This document shows, one piece after another, positions 21,301 to 30,169 of a stretch of DNA of 64,000 nucleotides (its first letter is position 1; every line of letters starts with the position of its first letter). The position numbers and the translations under genes were made by a program. Source of the DNA: an uncultured Candidatus Binatia bacterium (GTDB lineage Bacteria > Desulfobacterota > Binatia > Bin18); NCBI GenBank assembly GCA_965214605.1, contig OZ243961.1, forward strand, positions 862,912-926,911, given 5' to 3'. Below the pieces are notes generated by a model. That model saw only the letters and a list, made by a program, of their open reading frames with translations. It searched no databases and had not been told where the DNA came from.

Positions 21301-21886
21301 GACCGGCGCTCGGCTCAACTCCGGCGAAGCGCGCAAGCGCGCAGACAACCTCGAGGCGAGACTTCAGAAGCGCTTGGGAGAGTTGAAGCTTGAAGCGCAG
21401 ATTTCGCCCTTACCGCCAGTGGTGTTGGGAGGCGTGCTCGTGGTGCCCCAAGGCCTGCTGCACGAATTGAAAGGGAGCGAGTCGGTCCCCACCACTGTAT
21501 CGGTAGACACGCAGGCGTCGGCGGCCCGTGCACGCGAGATCGTCATGGCGGTGGAGCGAGAGCTTGGCTTCGAGCCGACCGACCGGGAGTTCGAGAAGCT
21601 GGGCTACGACATCGAGAGCCGCGTCCCCGGCACCGGTCGACTCCGGTTCATCGAAGTCAAGGGACGCGTCAGCGGCGCACCCACGATTACGGTTACCCGT
21701 AACGAGATTCTCTACTCCCTCAACAAACCCGAGGACTACATCCTCGGCATCGTGGAGTTTCTTGATGGGGGCGAGCATCGGGTTCACTATGTCCGGGAGC
21801 CGTTCCAACGGGAGCCGGACTTCGGGGTGACGAGCGTGAACTACGATTTTGCAGAGCTGCTCGCGCGAGCCCGGCAGCCTTCGTGA
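18311..21886 (+). CDS. SNF2/DEAD-like superfamily 2 helicase with C-terminal DUF3883-type nuclease-like domain
   Basis: Helicase motifs LADDPGAGKT (I), VVCDEAHK (II), MTATPHNG (III) and QRFGRIHRIGQ (VI). C-terminus has RFIEVKGR...ITVTRNEI...YILGIVEF (DUF3883-like). Confidence 0.9.
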   Translation: MKLADLQVNAAVRGILSDELVTVVGVQWFGAEALELTYKTPTGKVANELLYRHDEPRLEIVEVGRPWSFDGDGALFRLVSEAQRIRLAHLFDPVLAVHTSVVEPLPHQITAVYESMLPRQPLRFLLADDPGAGKTIMAGLLIKELIARGDLQGCLVVCPGSLAEQWQDELYRRFQLPFEILTTDKLEAARTGNWFLETPLVIARLDKLARNDDVQQKLQAPDCRWDLVVCDEAHKMSATFFGGEVRYTKRYRLGQLLSSLTRHFLLMTATPHNGKEADFQLFMALLDGDRFEGRFRDGVHVADVSDLMRRMVKETLLRFDGTPLFPERIAHTVPYKLSEAEARLYKSVTDYVREEFNRAEALENDKRAGTVGFALTILQRRLASSPEAISQSLRRRRERLESRLRELQVLQRGGQATLAATTGPELDPEDVEDLDEAPDTEVEAAEEEILDQATAARSIAELKAEIGTLKSLEGLAVGVRHSGADTKWRELASLLGEIFTAGGLAGRIAEPDTPYGAGEIPKPKSSPRQKLVIFTEYRDTLSYLQDRITTVLGCPESVVVIHGGLGREDRLKAQEAFRHDPKVQVLLATDAAGEGINLQRAHLMANYDLPWNPNRLEQRFGRIHRIGQTEVCHLWNLVADETREGDVYRKLLEKLEQARRSLGGRVFDVLGKLHFEGRPLRDLLVEAIRYGEQPAVRARLTTAVDHALDRVHLQDLLEERALAHDVMDASRVHRIREDMERAEARRLQPHYIESFFREAFQRLGGSARQRESRRYEITHVPAPVRNRDRLIGIGEPVLPRYERIAFEKSLVAPQGQPLAAFVCPGHPLLDAVIDLTLERHRDLLKRGAVLVDERDLGTKPRVLFSLEHVLQDASVTRSGDRRIISKRMLYVELDEDGVTRHVHYAPYLDYRALADGDPDLDSLLDCPQCAWLERDMELRAQAYAVANVVPEHLKEARDAKLALIAKTEAAVKDRLTKEITYWDHRAEQLKLQEQAGKTGARLNSGEARKRADNLEARLQKRLGELKLEAQISPLPPVVLGGVLVVPQGLLHELKGSESVPTTVSVDTQASAARAREIVMAVERELGFEPTDREFEKLGYDIESRVPGTGRLRFIEVKGRVSGAPTITVTRNEILYSLNKPEDYILGIVEFLDGGEHRVHYVREPFQREPDFGVTSVNYDFAELLARARQPS

Positions 21887-21910
21887 CAGGGTGATTTGGA
21901 TCCCCGAGCA

Positions 21911-24900
21911 ATGCAATCGAACAAGAAGCTGATCGAAGTCACCCTGCCGCTTGATGCGATCAACAAGGCGGCGGCCCGAGAGAAGTCGATCAGGCATGGC
22001 CATCCCAGTACGCTGCACCTGTGGTGGGCGCGCCGGCCTTTGGCGGCGGCCCGGGCGGTACTCTTCGCGCAGCTGGTTGATGACCCCTCTGCCTATGTGG
22101 AGGAGCTGCTCTCAGAGCCAAAGAAGAAACAGGCGGCAGAACAGGAATTGCAGAAACGGCTGGACGAGCATACGGCGAAGCAGGCCCTCGCCGATACGGA
22201 CGCAATTCCCGAGCCGGCGCCGACGCTTAAGGAGGTCATCGCAGAGAGCGAGCGTGCTCGTCTGTTCGGCTTCCTGGAAGAGTTGGTCCTGTGGGAGAAT
22301 ACGACCAATACCTCGGTCCTGGAGAAGGCGCGCGGCGAGATCCAGCACAGCTGGCGGCGCGCCTGCGCGCGCAATGCCGACCATCCCAGGGCCAAAGAGT
22401 TATTTGATCGTACCAGGTTGCCCGCCTTTCACGACCCCTTTGCCGGTGGCGGGGCGCTGCCGCTCGAAGCCCAGCGGCTTGGCCTTGAGGCCCACGCCAG
22501 TGACCTGAACCCGGTGGCGGTGCTGATCACCAAGGCGCTGATCGAGTTCCCGCCGAAGTTCGCCGGTAGGCCGCCGGTCAGCCCGGCGGCGCGCAGGGAC
22601 GAGGAGCTGTTGTCCCGGCAGTGGCGGGGCGCGCAGGGGCTGGCCGAGGATGTGCGCGCCTACGGCGAGTGGATACGCGAAGAGGCGGAGCGGCGTATCG
22701 GGCCTCTCTATCCGAAGGCCGCCGTCACCGCCGAGATGGCGCATGAACGGCCTGATTTGCAAGCGTATGTGGGAGGCAACCTCACCGTGATCGCCTGGCT
22801 CTGGGTGCGCACGGTCAGGAGCCCGAACCCGGCTTTTGCGGCCGTGGAAGTCCCGCTAGCCTCAACCTTCATGCTGTCGACCAAGAAGGGTAAGGAAGCC
22901 TATGTCGAGCCGGTGATCGAGGCTGGCGGGTACCGGTTCATCGTAAAGGTGGGGAAGCCACCTGATGCCGCCGCGGCGAAGTTAGGAACGACAGCCGGCA
23001 AGCGCCATGCTTTTAAGTGCCTGCTGTCAGATGTTCCGGTCACATATGCTCACATCCGAAGCGAGGGTCAGGCCGGGCGCATGCGCACCCGCCTGATGGC
23101 GATGGTGGCCGAGGGCGACCGTGGCCGAGTTTACCTCTCACCGACGCCGGAACACGAGGCGGCAACACGCAAAGCGAGGCCCGAATGGAGGCCGGAGACG
23201 CCGCTGCCCGAGAATCCGCGCAATTTCAATACGCCGCATTACGGCCTCGCCACCTACGGCGCCCTCTTCACCGCCCGTCAACTCGTTACGCTCACGACCC
23301 TCTCAGACCTGGTAGGCGAAGCGATAACGCGGGTCCGCCAGCACGCCGTCGCAGCAGGCGTGCCTGATGACGAGGTGCCGCTGCGCGACGGGGGAACGGG
23401 GGCGACCGCGTATGCCGAGGCGGTCGCCCTGTATTTGGCGCTAGCGGTCGATCGCTTCAGCGATCGCTCTTCAACTATCTGCAGTTGGGATAACGGACGC
23501 ACGACAATACGGAACACATTTGGTCGTCAGGCCCTTCCAATGACGTGGGACTACGCGGAAACGAATCCGTTTTCTGAATCTACCGGCAGTTTCAGCGGTC
23601 AGCTCGAATGGGTAGCAAAGTCCTTGGGGACTGCTCCGGCACTTCCAGCAGGGTTCAGTGCACAGCTGGACGCTTGTACCCAGACCATGAGCGCGGACAA
23701 ATGCATCTCCACCGACCCTCCCTATTACGACAACATTGGCTACGCGGACCTCTCGGACTTCTTCTACGTCTGGCTGCGTCGTTCACTACGCACCGTCTTA
23801 CCTGAGCTCTTTGCTACGCTTGCGACCCCCAAGGCGGAAGAGCTTGTCGCCACCCCGTACCGCCACGAGACCAAGGAGAAGGCGGAGGCTTTTTTTCTGG
23901 AGGGGATGACCCAGGCCATGTACCGTGTGGCCGAGCAGGCACATCCGGATTTCCCGGTCACCATCTATTACGCCTTCAAGCAGTCGGAGAAAAAAGGCGA
24001 GGAAGGCACGGCGTCAACCGGCTGGGAAACTTTCCTGGAGGCCGTGCTCCACGCCGGCTTTGGCATCAGCGGCACCTGGTCGATGCGCACCGAGCTGGGG
24101 AACCGGCCAGTCGGCTTGGGCACGAATGCCCTTGCGTCCAGCATCGTCCTCGTCTGCCGTAAGCGCGACCCGAACGCTGCGAACGCCAGCCGTCGGGAGT
24201 TCGTGACCGCTCTGAAGCGGGAACTGCCCAGGGCCCTTATCCACCTGCAGCGCGGCAACATCGCGCCGGTGGACCTCGCCCAAGCGGCCATCGGCCCCGG
24301 CATGGCGGTCTACACGCGCTATGCGAAGGTGCTCAATATTGAGGGGCAACAGCTTTCGGTCCGCGAGGCCCTGGCGCTCATCAACCAGACACTGGACGAG
24401 ACACTCGCTGCGCAGGAGGGGGATTTTGAGGCGGACAGCCGCTGGGCGCTGGCCTGGTTCGAGCAGGAGGGCTTCAAGGAGGGCGCATACGGGCTCGCGG
24501 AAACCCTCTCCAAAGCCAAGAACACCAGTGTCGGAGGCCTGGTGGAGGCCGGCCTCCTCGCCTCGCAAGGCGGGAAGGTACGTTTGCTCAGGCCCGCCGA
24601 GCTGCCCGAGAGCTGGGACCCGGCGACCGATCCGCGCCTGACCGTCTGGGAGATGGTCCATCATTTCATCCGTGTCCTTGAAGCAGGCGGTGAGAGTGCT
24701 GCTGCCGAGCTCGCCCGCAAGCTCGGCGCCAAAGCCGAGGCGGCGCGGGAACTCTGCTACCGGCTCTACACCTTGTGCGAACGCAAGCACCGCGCGACCG
24801 AGGCTTTATCCTATAACGGTTTGGTGCAGAGCTGGCCCGAAATCATGCGGCTCTCTCGCGAAGAAAGCCAGGCGGAGGCTGAGCAATCGTCCCTGTTTGA

Positions 24901-24916
24901 GACCGGGGAGCGCTGA
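21911..24916 (+). CDS. DUF1156-type DNA methyltransferase (DPPY motif)
   Basis: N-terminus LIEVTLPLDAINKAAAREKSIRHGHPSTLHLWWARRP (DUF1156), SAM motif DPFAGGGA and catalytic motif STDPPYYDNIGYADLSDFFYVW. The track start TTG at 21896 is also possible. Confidence 0.9.
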   Translation: MQSNKKLIEVTLPLDAINKAAAREKSIRHGHPSTLHLWWARRPLAAARAVLFAQLVDDPSAYVEELLSEPKKKQAAEQELQKRLDEHTAKQALADTDAIPEPAPTLKEVIAESERARLFGFLEELVLWENTTNTSVLEKARGEIQHSWRRACARNADHPRAKELFDRTRLPAFHDPFAGGGALPLEAQRLGLEAHASDLNPVAVLITKALIEFPPKFAGRPPVSPAARRDEELLSRQWRGAQGLAEDVRAYGEWIREEAERRIGPLYPKAAVTAEMAHERPDLQAYVGGNLTVIAWLWVRTVRSPNPAFAAVEVPLASTFMLSTKKGKEAYVEPVIEAGGYRFIVKVGKPPDAAAAKLGTTAGKRHAFKCLLSDVPVTYAHIRSEGQAGRMRTRLMAMVAEGDRGRVYLSPTPEHEAATRKARPEWRPETPLPENPRNFNTPHYGLATYGALFTARQLVTLTTLSDLVGEAITRVRQHAVAAGVPDDEVPLRDGGTGATAYAEAVALYLALAVDRFSDRSSTICSWDNGRTTIRNTFGRQALPMTWDYAETNPFSESTGSFSGQLEWVAKSLGTAPALPAGFSAQLDACTQTMSADKCISTDPPYYDNIGYADLSDFFYVWLRRSLRTVLPELFATLATPKAEELVATPYRHETKEKAEAFFLEGMTQAMYRVAEQAHPDFPVTIYYAFKQSEKKGEEGTASTGWETFLEAVLHAGFGISGTWSMRTELGNRPVGLGTNALASSIVLVCRKRDPNAANASRREFVTALKRELPRALIHLQRGNIAPVDLAQAAIGPGMAVYTRYAKVLNIEGQQLSVREALALINQTLDETLAAQEGDFEADSRWALAWFEQEGFKEGAYGLAETLSKAKNTSVGGLVEAGLLASQGGKVRLLRPAELPESWDPATDPRLTVWEMVHHFIRVLEAGGESAAAELARKLGAKAEAARELCYRLYTLCERKHRATEALSYNGLVQSWPEIMRLSREESQAEAEQSSLFETGER

Positions 24917-24930
24917 AGATACCGGACCAT

Positions 24931-25281
24931 GTGGACACCATTGGCGCCGAGAGATGGGCACACCGGGTACGGGTTGGTCCATATGTCGTTGAAGACGCAA
25001 TGGCTCCGGCGGAGACGGAGCTCACTCAGCGCAGAGAGCACATTGAGCCATGGCTCTCTGCGCTGCTGCAGGCGGAGCATCTGAACCTGCCGGTAGGCAG
25101 CGGACTGACAGCCGCAATTGCGGAGCCCCTAGGCGCCCCAGTAGTGGATATGGCTCCGGTAGGGCCCGGCCACGAGTACGAAGAACTCGTGCTTTCCGCC
25201 GCCGAGTGCCGCGCGGAAATCAGTGGGCGCGGGAAGACGAACGTAGAGGACATGATTCGGGCGACCGGGGAGTTGATGTAG
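24931..25281 (+). pseudogene. short ORF resembling the N-terminus of a SIR2-like (ThsA-type) protein; probable fragment
   Basis: LLQAEHLNLPVGSGLTAAIAEPLG resembles the nLnfLiGSGaS NAD-binding start of SIR2_2 proteins. The ORF stops after 116 aa and is followed by about 0.8 kb of stop-rich sequence. Confidence 0.3.
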
Positions 25282-26077
25282 GATCCCACAGTTTTGTATG
25301 GATTCGGTGACGATCACATCAATCGGATACTGCGGAATATGTTGACCCTTCCTTCGACGCACCCGGCAATCATCTCCTTCAATGAGGCACGGAAGAATCC
25401 CGAGGTTCTGCAGCGGCGCTGGTCGTGACGAGCAGATAACGCTATCCGTCGGTCCACACTTTGGCTACTTACCAACCCTGGTAAACCATGATCTACCGAA
25501 GCCTTCGATAGATCATACGACTTGGCGAATGGTCAAATTCCTCAACAAACGGACTCCGAGAGTCACGACGGTGACCTTGTGAGGAGCCATTCGCATGGCC
25601 TGGCTAGTCGAGCGTCTTGGTGATCGCGCCGTGGGTGGTTGTCGAGAGCGTCAGTACGAGCTCCATTAGCGTGGACAGTCCGGCAACGCCACAAGCTACC
25701 ACACTGCATACTGGCACCCCGACTGGCTTTCCAAGAAACAATGGCTATATTACTTGCTCGTGTCGAATGAATCAGGGGCGACGGTCGGTTCCATCACGTC
25801 CGTACGGGTAGAAAGGTTGCCATATCCAAAGCGAAAAGGCATGCAGGGCCTCTGCTCAGCTGGGGCGCGCCGGCTCCGCTTCTTGTTGAAGTACACGAAC
25901 TTCCCGCTCCAGAAAGACCTTACTCTCGAGACCCGGCGTTTTGGGCCGTTTGGACAGGATCGCAAGAATACAAGATCGCCTGGCAGTGGGTGTCTGGGCC
26001 CTCGACGTCGCCGCCCCTTGCCGAGACCGAGGGCCGGAATGAACCGAGCGGTGCTCACGAGCCCGTAGGAGCAACGT

Positions 26078-29000
26078 ATGGCAACATCAAATCACGAACG
26101 CGTAGGGAAAGCGCTCGACCTCCTGAAAGCCGGACTAGGACCTTTTGTTGAGCGCGAGGTCAAGAGCGCGCTGAAGTCTCGGCGCCTCGCCGCTCACAGA
26201 CTGCGGGACTACGCCGAAGATCGGGTTCTAGCGAACAAGCCGCTATTGGAATGGGATGCCGCTGGCTTGTTGAAGCTCATGGGGGAAACGTGGAACGACG
26301 TCTTTCGCGAGATTCTTGGACCTGGGGAAAGAGGCTTTGTCGGTGAGCTTCGTGGATATCGAAACAGATGGGCACACCAGGAAAGCTTTACGAGCGACGA
26401 TGCCTACCGGGCGCTTGATTCCGTCGAACGGTTGTTGGCCGCGGTGTCAGCCCCGCAGTCGGGGGACCTCGAGCGTCTCAAAATGGAACTGCTCCGGGTC
26501 CGGTTCGACGAGCAGGCGCGCGGCGAACGCCGCAAGCGGGCGGGAACCGCGATCGAGAGCGCCGCCGCCACAAATCTGAAGCCCTGGCGGGAGATCGTCA
26601 CACCGCACAGGGATGTGGCAAGCGGGCGATACCAGCAGGCCGAATTCGCTGCTGACCTGTGGCAGGTGCATCTTGGCGAAGGGCCGGACGAGTATCGCGA
26701 GCCGGTTGAGTTTTTCCGACGCACCTACCTGACTGAAAGCTTGAAGGGGCTTCTGGTCGGCGCTCTTCATCGTCTCACCGGCAAGGGCGGCGATCCGGTC
26801 GTCCAGCTGCAAACCAACTTTGGGGGCGGCAAAACGCACTCAATGTTGGCGCTCTACCATCTGTTCTCCGGTACAAATCCTACCGAGCTTTCCGGTATTG
26901 AGACCGTCATGCGGGAGGCGGAAGCCACGCAACTGCCCACAGTGCGTCGCGTCGTGCTGGTCGGTAACAAGATCTCTCCGGGCAATCCGGCGACCAAGGA
27001 CGACGGCACAGTGGTCCGTACGCTCTGGGGTGAACTGGCCTGGCAACTGGGCGGGAAGAAGGCCTACGCATCCATTGCCGCGGACGATGAGAAGGCCACA
27101 AGTCCCGGCGACACACTGCGGGAGCTGTTCAAGGAATACGGCCCTTGCCTCATCCTCGTCGACGAGTGGGTTGCCTATGCGCGCCAGCTTCACGACCGGA
27201 GCGATCTGCCCGCTGGCGGATTCGAAACACAGTTTAGCTTCGCCCAGGCACTGACCGAGTCTGCCAAGCTCGCCGGCAACTGCCTGCTGGTGGTCAGTTT
27301 GCCGGCTTCCGACACCGCTGGGTCGCCGCATACCCAGGCCGATGATGTGGAAGTCGGAGGACAACGCGGGCGGGAAGCACTCGACCGTTTACGGAACGTC
27401 GTAGGTCGCATTGAGTCCTCCTGGCGCCCGGCGAGTGCCGAGGAAGGCTTCGAAATCGTACGTCGTCGCCTGTTTGAGCCGCTCTCGGATCCAGCGCAGT
27501 TCAGGGACCGAGACGTGGTCGCGCGGGCGTTCGTAGAGCTCTACCGCACGGAGCATCGGGAGTTCCCGCCTGAATGCCGGGACAGTGACTACGAGAAGCG
27601 CATCAAGGCTGCGTACCCGATCCATCCGGAAATCTTCGATCGGCTCTACACCGACTGGTCAACATTGGTGAAGTTCCAGCGAACGCGCGGGGTGCTGCGC
27701 CTGATGGCAGCCGTCATCCATAGCCTTTGGGAGAAGGAAGATCGGAATCCGCTGATCTTACCGGCGAACATCGCGATCGACGCTCCCCGCGTGCAGTTCG
27801 AGCTGACCAGATACCTTCCGGATACCTGGGTGCCCGTGATCGCGAAGGATGTTGACGGCCCGAGTTCTCTTCCGCTGCGCATCGACGGTGAAGTTCCGAA
27901 TCTCGGAAAGTCCGCCGCGTGCCGACGCGTTGCGCGCAGCATTTACCTTGGGTCGGCCCCCACAGCGGATGCGGCGCACCGGGGACTCGAAGATCGGCGG
28001 GTGAAACTGGGGTGCGTGATGCCGGGCGAATCTTCTGCGGTCTTCGACGATGCGCTCCGTCGCCTGGCCGGCGCTGCGACGTACCTCTACCAGGATGAGT
28101 CGCGGTACTGGTACTCCACGCAGCCAACCGTGACGAAGCTCGCTGAGGATCGCGCTGAGCAGCTGAAGCGCCACCCCGACAAGGTGGTGCAGGAACTTCA
28201 GGCGAGGCTCCGGGCCGACCTGGGCGAGCGGGGCGACTTCAGCCGCGTTCACCCCTTGCCTCAATCCGGACAGGACGTGCCGGACCACCTCGATGCACGC
28301 CTGATCGTGCTCGGCATCGACCATCCCTATAGCAGGGAGAAAGGCAACCCCGCCGAAGTTGCTGCGAAGAAGATCCTGGAGAACTGTGGGAATACACCTC
28401 GACTTTTCCGCAACACGCTTGTGTTTCTGGCCGCCGACAAGACACGGCTTCAGGACCTGGACGAAGCGGCGCGCCGCTACCTGGCGTGGGAGTCGATCCT
28501 CGCCGAGCGTGAGCAGCTCGACTTGTCTCCGCACCAGGTGAAGCAGGCTGCGATGCAGAAGGACACGGCATTGAGCATGGTGACCACGCGAGTCCCTGAG
28601 ACGTACCAGTGGCTGCTCGCCCCTATTCAGGAAAACCCGCAGGCCTCCATAGAGTGGCAGGCCCTGCGCCTATCGGGTCAAGACGCCTTGGCGGTACGGG
28701 CCAGCAAGAAGCTTCGAAGCGACGAACTGTTAGTGACAGGGTTTGCCCCGACCCGTCTGCGGATGGAACTTGACGGCGTACCTTTATGGCGCGGAGATTA
28801 CGTATCCACCAAACAGGTTGTCGAGGATTTTGCCAAGTATCTCTATCTGCCCCGCAGCAGCGAGCCACAGGTGCTGCTGAACGCGATAGAAGACGGCGTC
28901 GCTTTGCTGACCTGGGAACGGGAGACGTTCGCGTTCGCGGACAGCTATGACGAAGAGGCAGGCCGCTACCGCGGGTTGCGTGGTGGACAGGCTGTCAGGC

Positions 29001-29434
29001 TTCCCGATGCTGACGCGTCTGGAGTGCTGGTGAAGCCAGACGTCGCGCGTCGGCAGATTGATGCAGAAACCAAGAAGCCGACGGCAGGCGAGGAAGGCAT
29101 TCCAGGGGGGGATACGACAAAACAAGGGGCCGATGTTGATAGCGGCGGAGGAGAAACAGGCGCGGGCGGGGAAACGCCGTCTCCACCGAAAGCAGCGCAG
29201 CACAAGCGCTTTCACGGCACGGTGCAGCTGGATGTCACGCGCGTCGGGCGTGACGCGAGCCGCGTTGCCGAGGAGGTCATCTCGCACCTGGCGGGCTTAG
29301 TAGGAGCAAAAGTCACGGTCACCCTCGAGATCGAAGCCGAGTTCCCTTCGGGTGCATCGGACCATGTTGTCCGGACCGTCACCGAGAATGGTCGGACGCT
29401 GAGATTTGCGAGCCAGGGGTTCGAAAAGGAATAA
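26078..29434 (+). CDS. DUF499-type P-loop ATPase
   Basis: 1118 aa. Walker A NFGGGKTHSMLALYHLF and Walker B CLILVDEWVAY. The long C-terminal region has a low-complexity G/E/T linker. Typical DUF499 architecture, usually next to DUF1156 methylases. Confidence 0.85.
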   Translation: MATSNHERVGKALDLLKAGLGPFVEREVKSALKSRRLAAHRLRDYAEDRVLANKPLLEWDAAGLLKLMGETWNDVFREILGPGERGFVGELRGYRNRWAHQESFTSDDAYRALDSVERLLAAVSAPQSGDLERLKMELLRVRFDEQARGERRKRAGTAIESAAATNLKPWREIVTPHRDVASGRYQQAEFAADLWQVHLGEGPDEYREPVEFFRRTYLTESLKGLLVGALHRLTGKGGDPVVQLQTNFGGGKTHSMLALYHLFSGTNPTELSGIETVMREAEATQLPTVRRVVLVGNKISPGNPATKDDGTVVRTLWGELAWQLGGKKAYASIAADDEKATSPGDTLRELFKEYGPCLILVDEWVAYARQLHDRSDLPAGGFETQFSFAQALTESAKLAGNCLLVVSLPASDTAGSPHTQADDVEVGGQRGREALDRLRNVVGRIESSWRPASAEEGFEIVRRRLFEPLSDPAQFRDRDVVARAFVELYRTEHREFPPECRDSDYEKRIKAAYPIHPEIFDRLYTDWSTLVKFQRTRGVLRLMAAVIHSLWEKEDRNPLILPANIAIDAPRVQFELTRYLPDTWVPVIAKDVDGPSSLPLRIDGEVPNLGKSAACRRVARSIYLGSAPTADAAHRGLEDRRVKLGCVMPGESSAVFDDALRRLAGAATYLYQDESRYWYSTQPTVTKLAEDRAEQLKRHPDKVVQELQARLRADLGERGDFSRVHPLPQSGQDVPDHLDARLIVLGIDHPYSREKGNPAEVAAKKILENCGNTPRLFRNTLVFLAADKTRLQDLDEAARRYLAWESILAEREQLDLSPHQVKQAAMQKDTALSMVTTRVPETYQWLLAPIQENPQASIEWQALRLSGQDALAVRASKKLRSDELLVTGFAPTRLRMELDGVPLWRGDYVSTKQVVEDFAKYLYLPRSSEPQVLLNAIEDGVALLTWERETFAFADSYDEEAGRYRGLRGGQAVRLPDADASGVLVKPDVARRQIDAETKKPTAGEEGIPGGDTTKQGADVDSGGGETGAGGETPSPPKAAQHKRFHGTVQLDVTRVGRDASRVAEEVISHLAGLVGAKVTVTLEIEAEFPSGASDHVVRTVTENGRTLRFASQGFEKE

Positions 29435-29546
29435 GGACCCGTACGGTCGGAAATGCTCGCTAGGAAGCAGGCAGTTAGGGGTTTGTGCTTCCCTTCGGTC
29501 AGACCGCGCAACGTCTTGTGGGAACTCCGGCTTTCGGCTCGCTCAA

Positions 29547-29873
29547 CTACTCTGGGACGCACCCGCTGTTCACGGTAGCTGGGACGCTTCGCCGCAAAAA
29601 GACCCCCATCCGGGGAGAAGCAGGCACTCTACGTCCTTCGATCAACCTGACAAGCTCCTCTGAGCCGATGATCCCGACGGAAAGTTGATCAAGCCTGTTA
29701 CCCTTGATCCGAAAGCCAGGCAGCGCCCCCGTCTTTGGATCCCGGAGACCGCTTGTCCTTCTCTTGGCGTGCGCTAGAAACTCGTTTTTCGTGGAATTGA
29801 GAACGGCCCTTTCAAACTCCTTCCCAGCCCGATGGTACGAACCTCGCGGTCGTCCATCTTGAATGTCGATCAT
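29547..29873 (-). CDS. hypothetical protein (108 aa)
   Basis: ATG preceded by AGGAGG at good spacing. Begins 12 nt after the stop of the upstream small gene. No family recognised. Confidence 0.45.
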   Translation of the reverse strand: MIDIQDGRPRGSYHRAGKEFERAVLNSTKNEFLAHAKRRTSGLRDPKTGALPGFRIKGNRLDQLSVGIIGSEELVRLIEGRRVPASPRMGVFLRRSVPATVNSGCVPE

Positions 29874-29885
29874 CGCTGAGACCTC

Positions 29886-30101
29886 CTACTGGCGACGGCC
29901 GCTGTCCTTCGTCGGATCAACGAGCTTGTACTTCTGACCGCGTTCCAGCGGCAACGGCAGGGGTTTCCCTCTCGTCACGGTACGCTCGACACCCGTTCCG
30001 TCGCCGCAAGAGCCGGCGATCTCGTATTGCCCTGAACGCGGAGCCTTTTCTCCGGGTTTGGAGCGATATTTCTTGGAAAATACTGGTGGAGGTGACGACA
30101 A
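29886..30101 (-). CDS. small YjzC-like protein (71 aa)
   Basis: GEKAPRSGQYEI...G...ERTVTRGKPLPLP..GQKYKLVD resembles the YjzC-type small beta proteins (G.kaP.sG.Y...v..g..fPP). Confidence 0.45.
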   Translation of the reverse strand: MSSPPPVFSKKYRSKPGEKAPRSGQYEIAGSCGDGTGVERTVTRGKPLPLPLERGQKYKLVDPTKDSGRRQ

Positions 30102-30169
30102 TCACATCGCCTTATAAATCGCTATCCTTAGGATGTTGAACGCCAAAAATGCCCCCATAGATACCCCCA

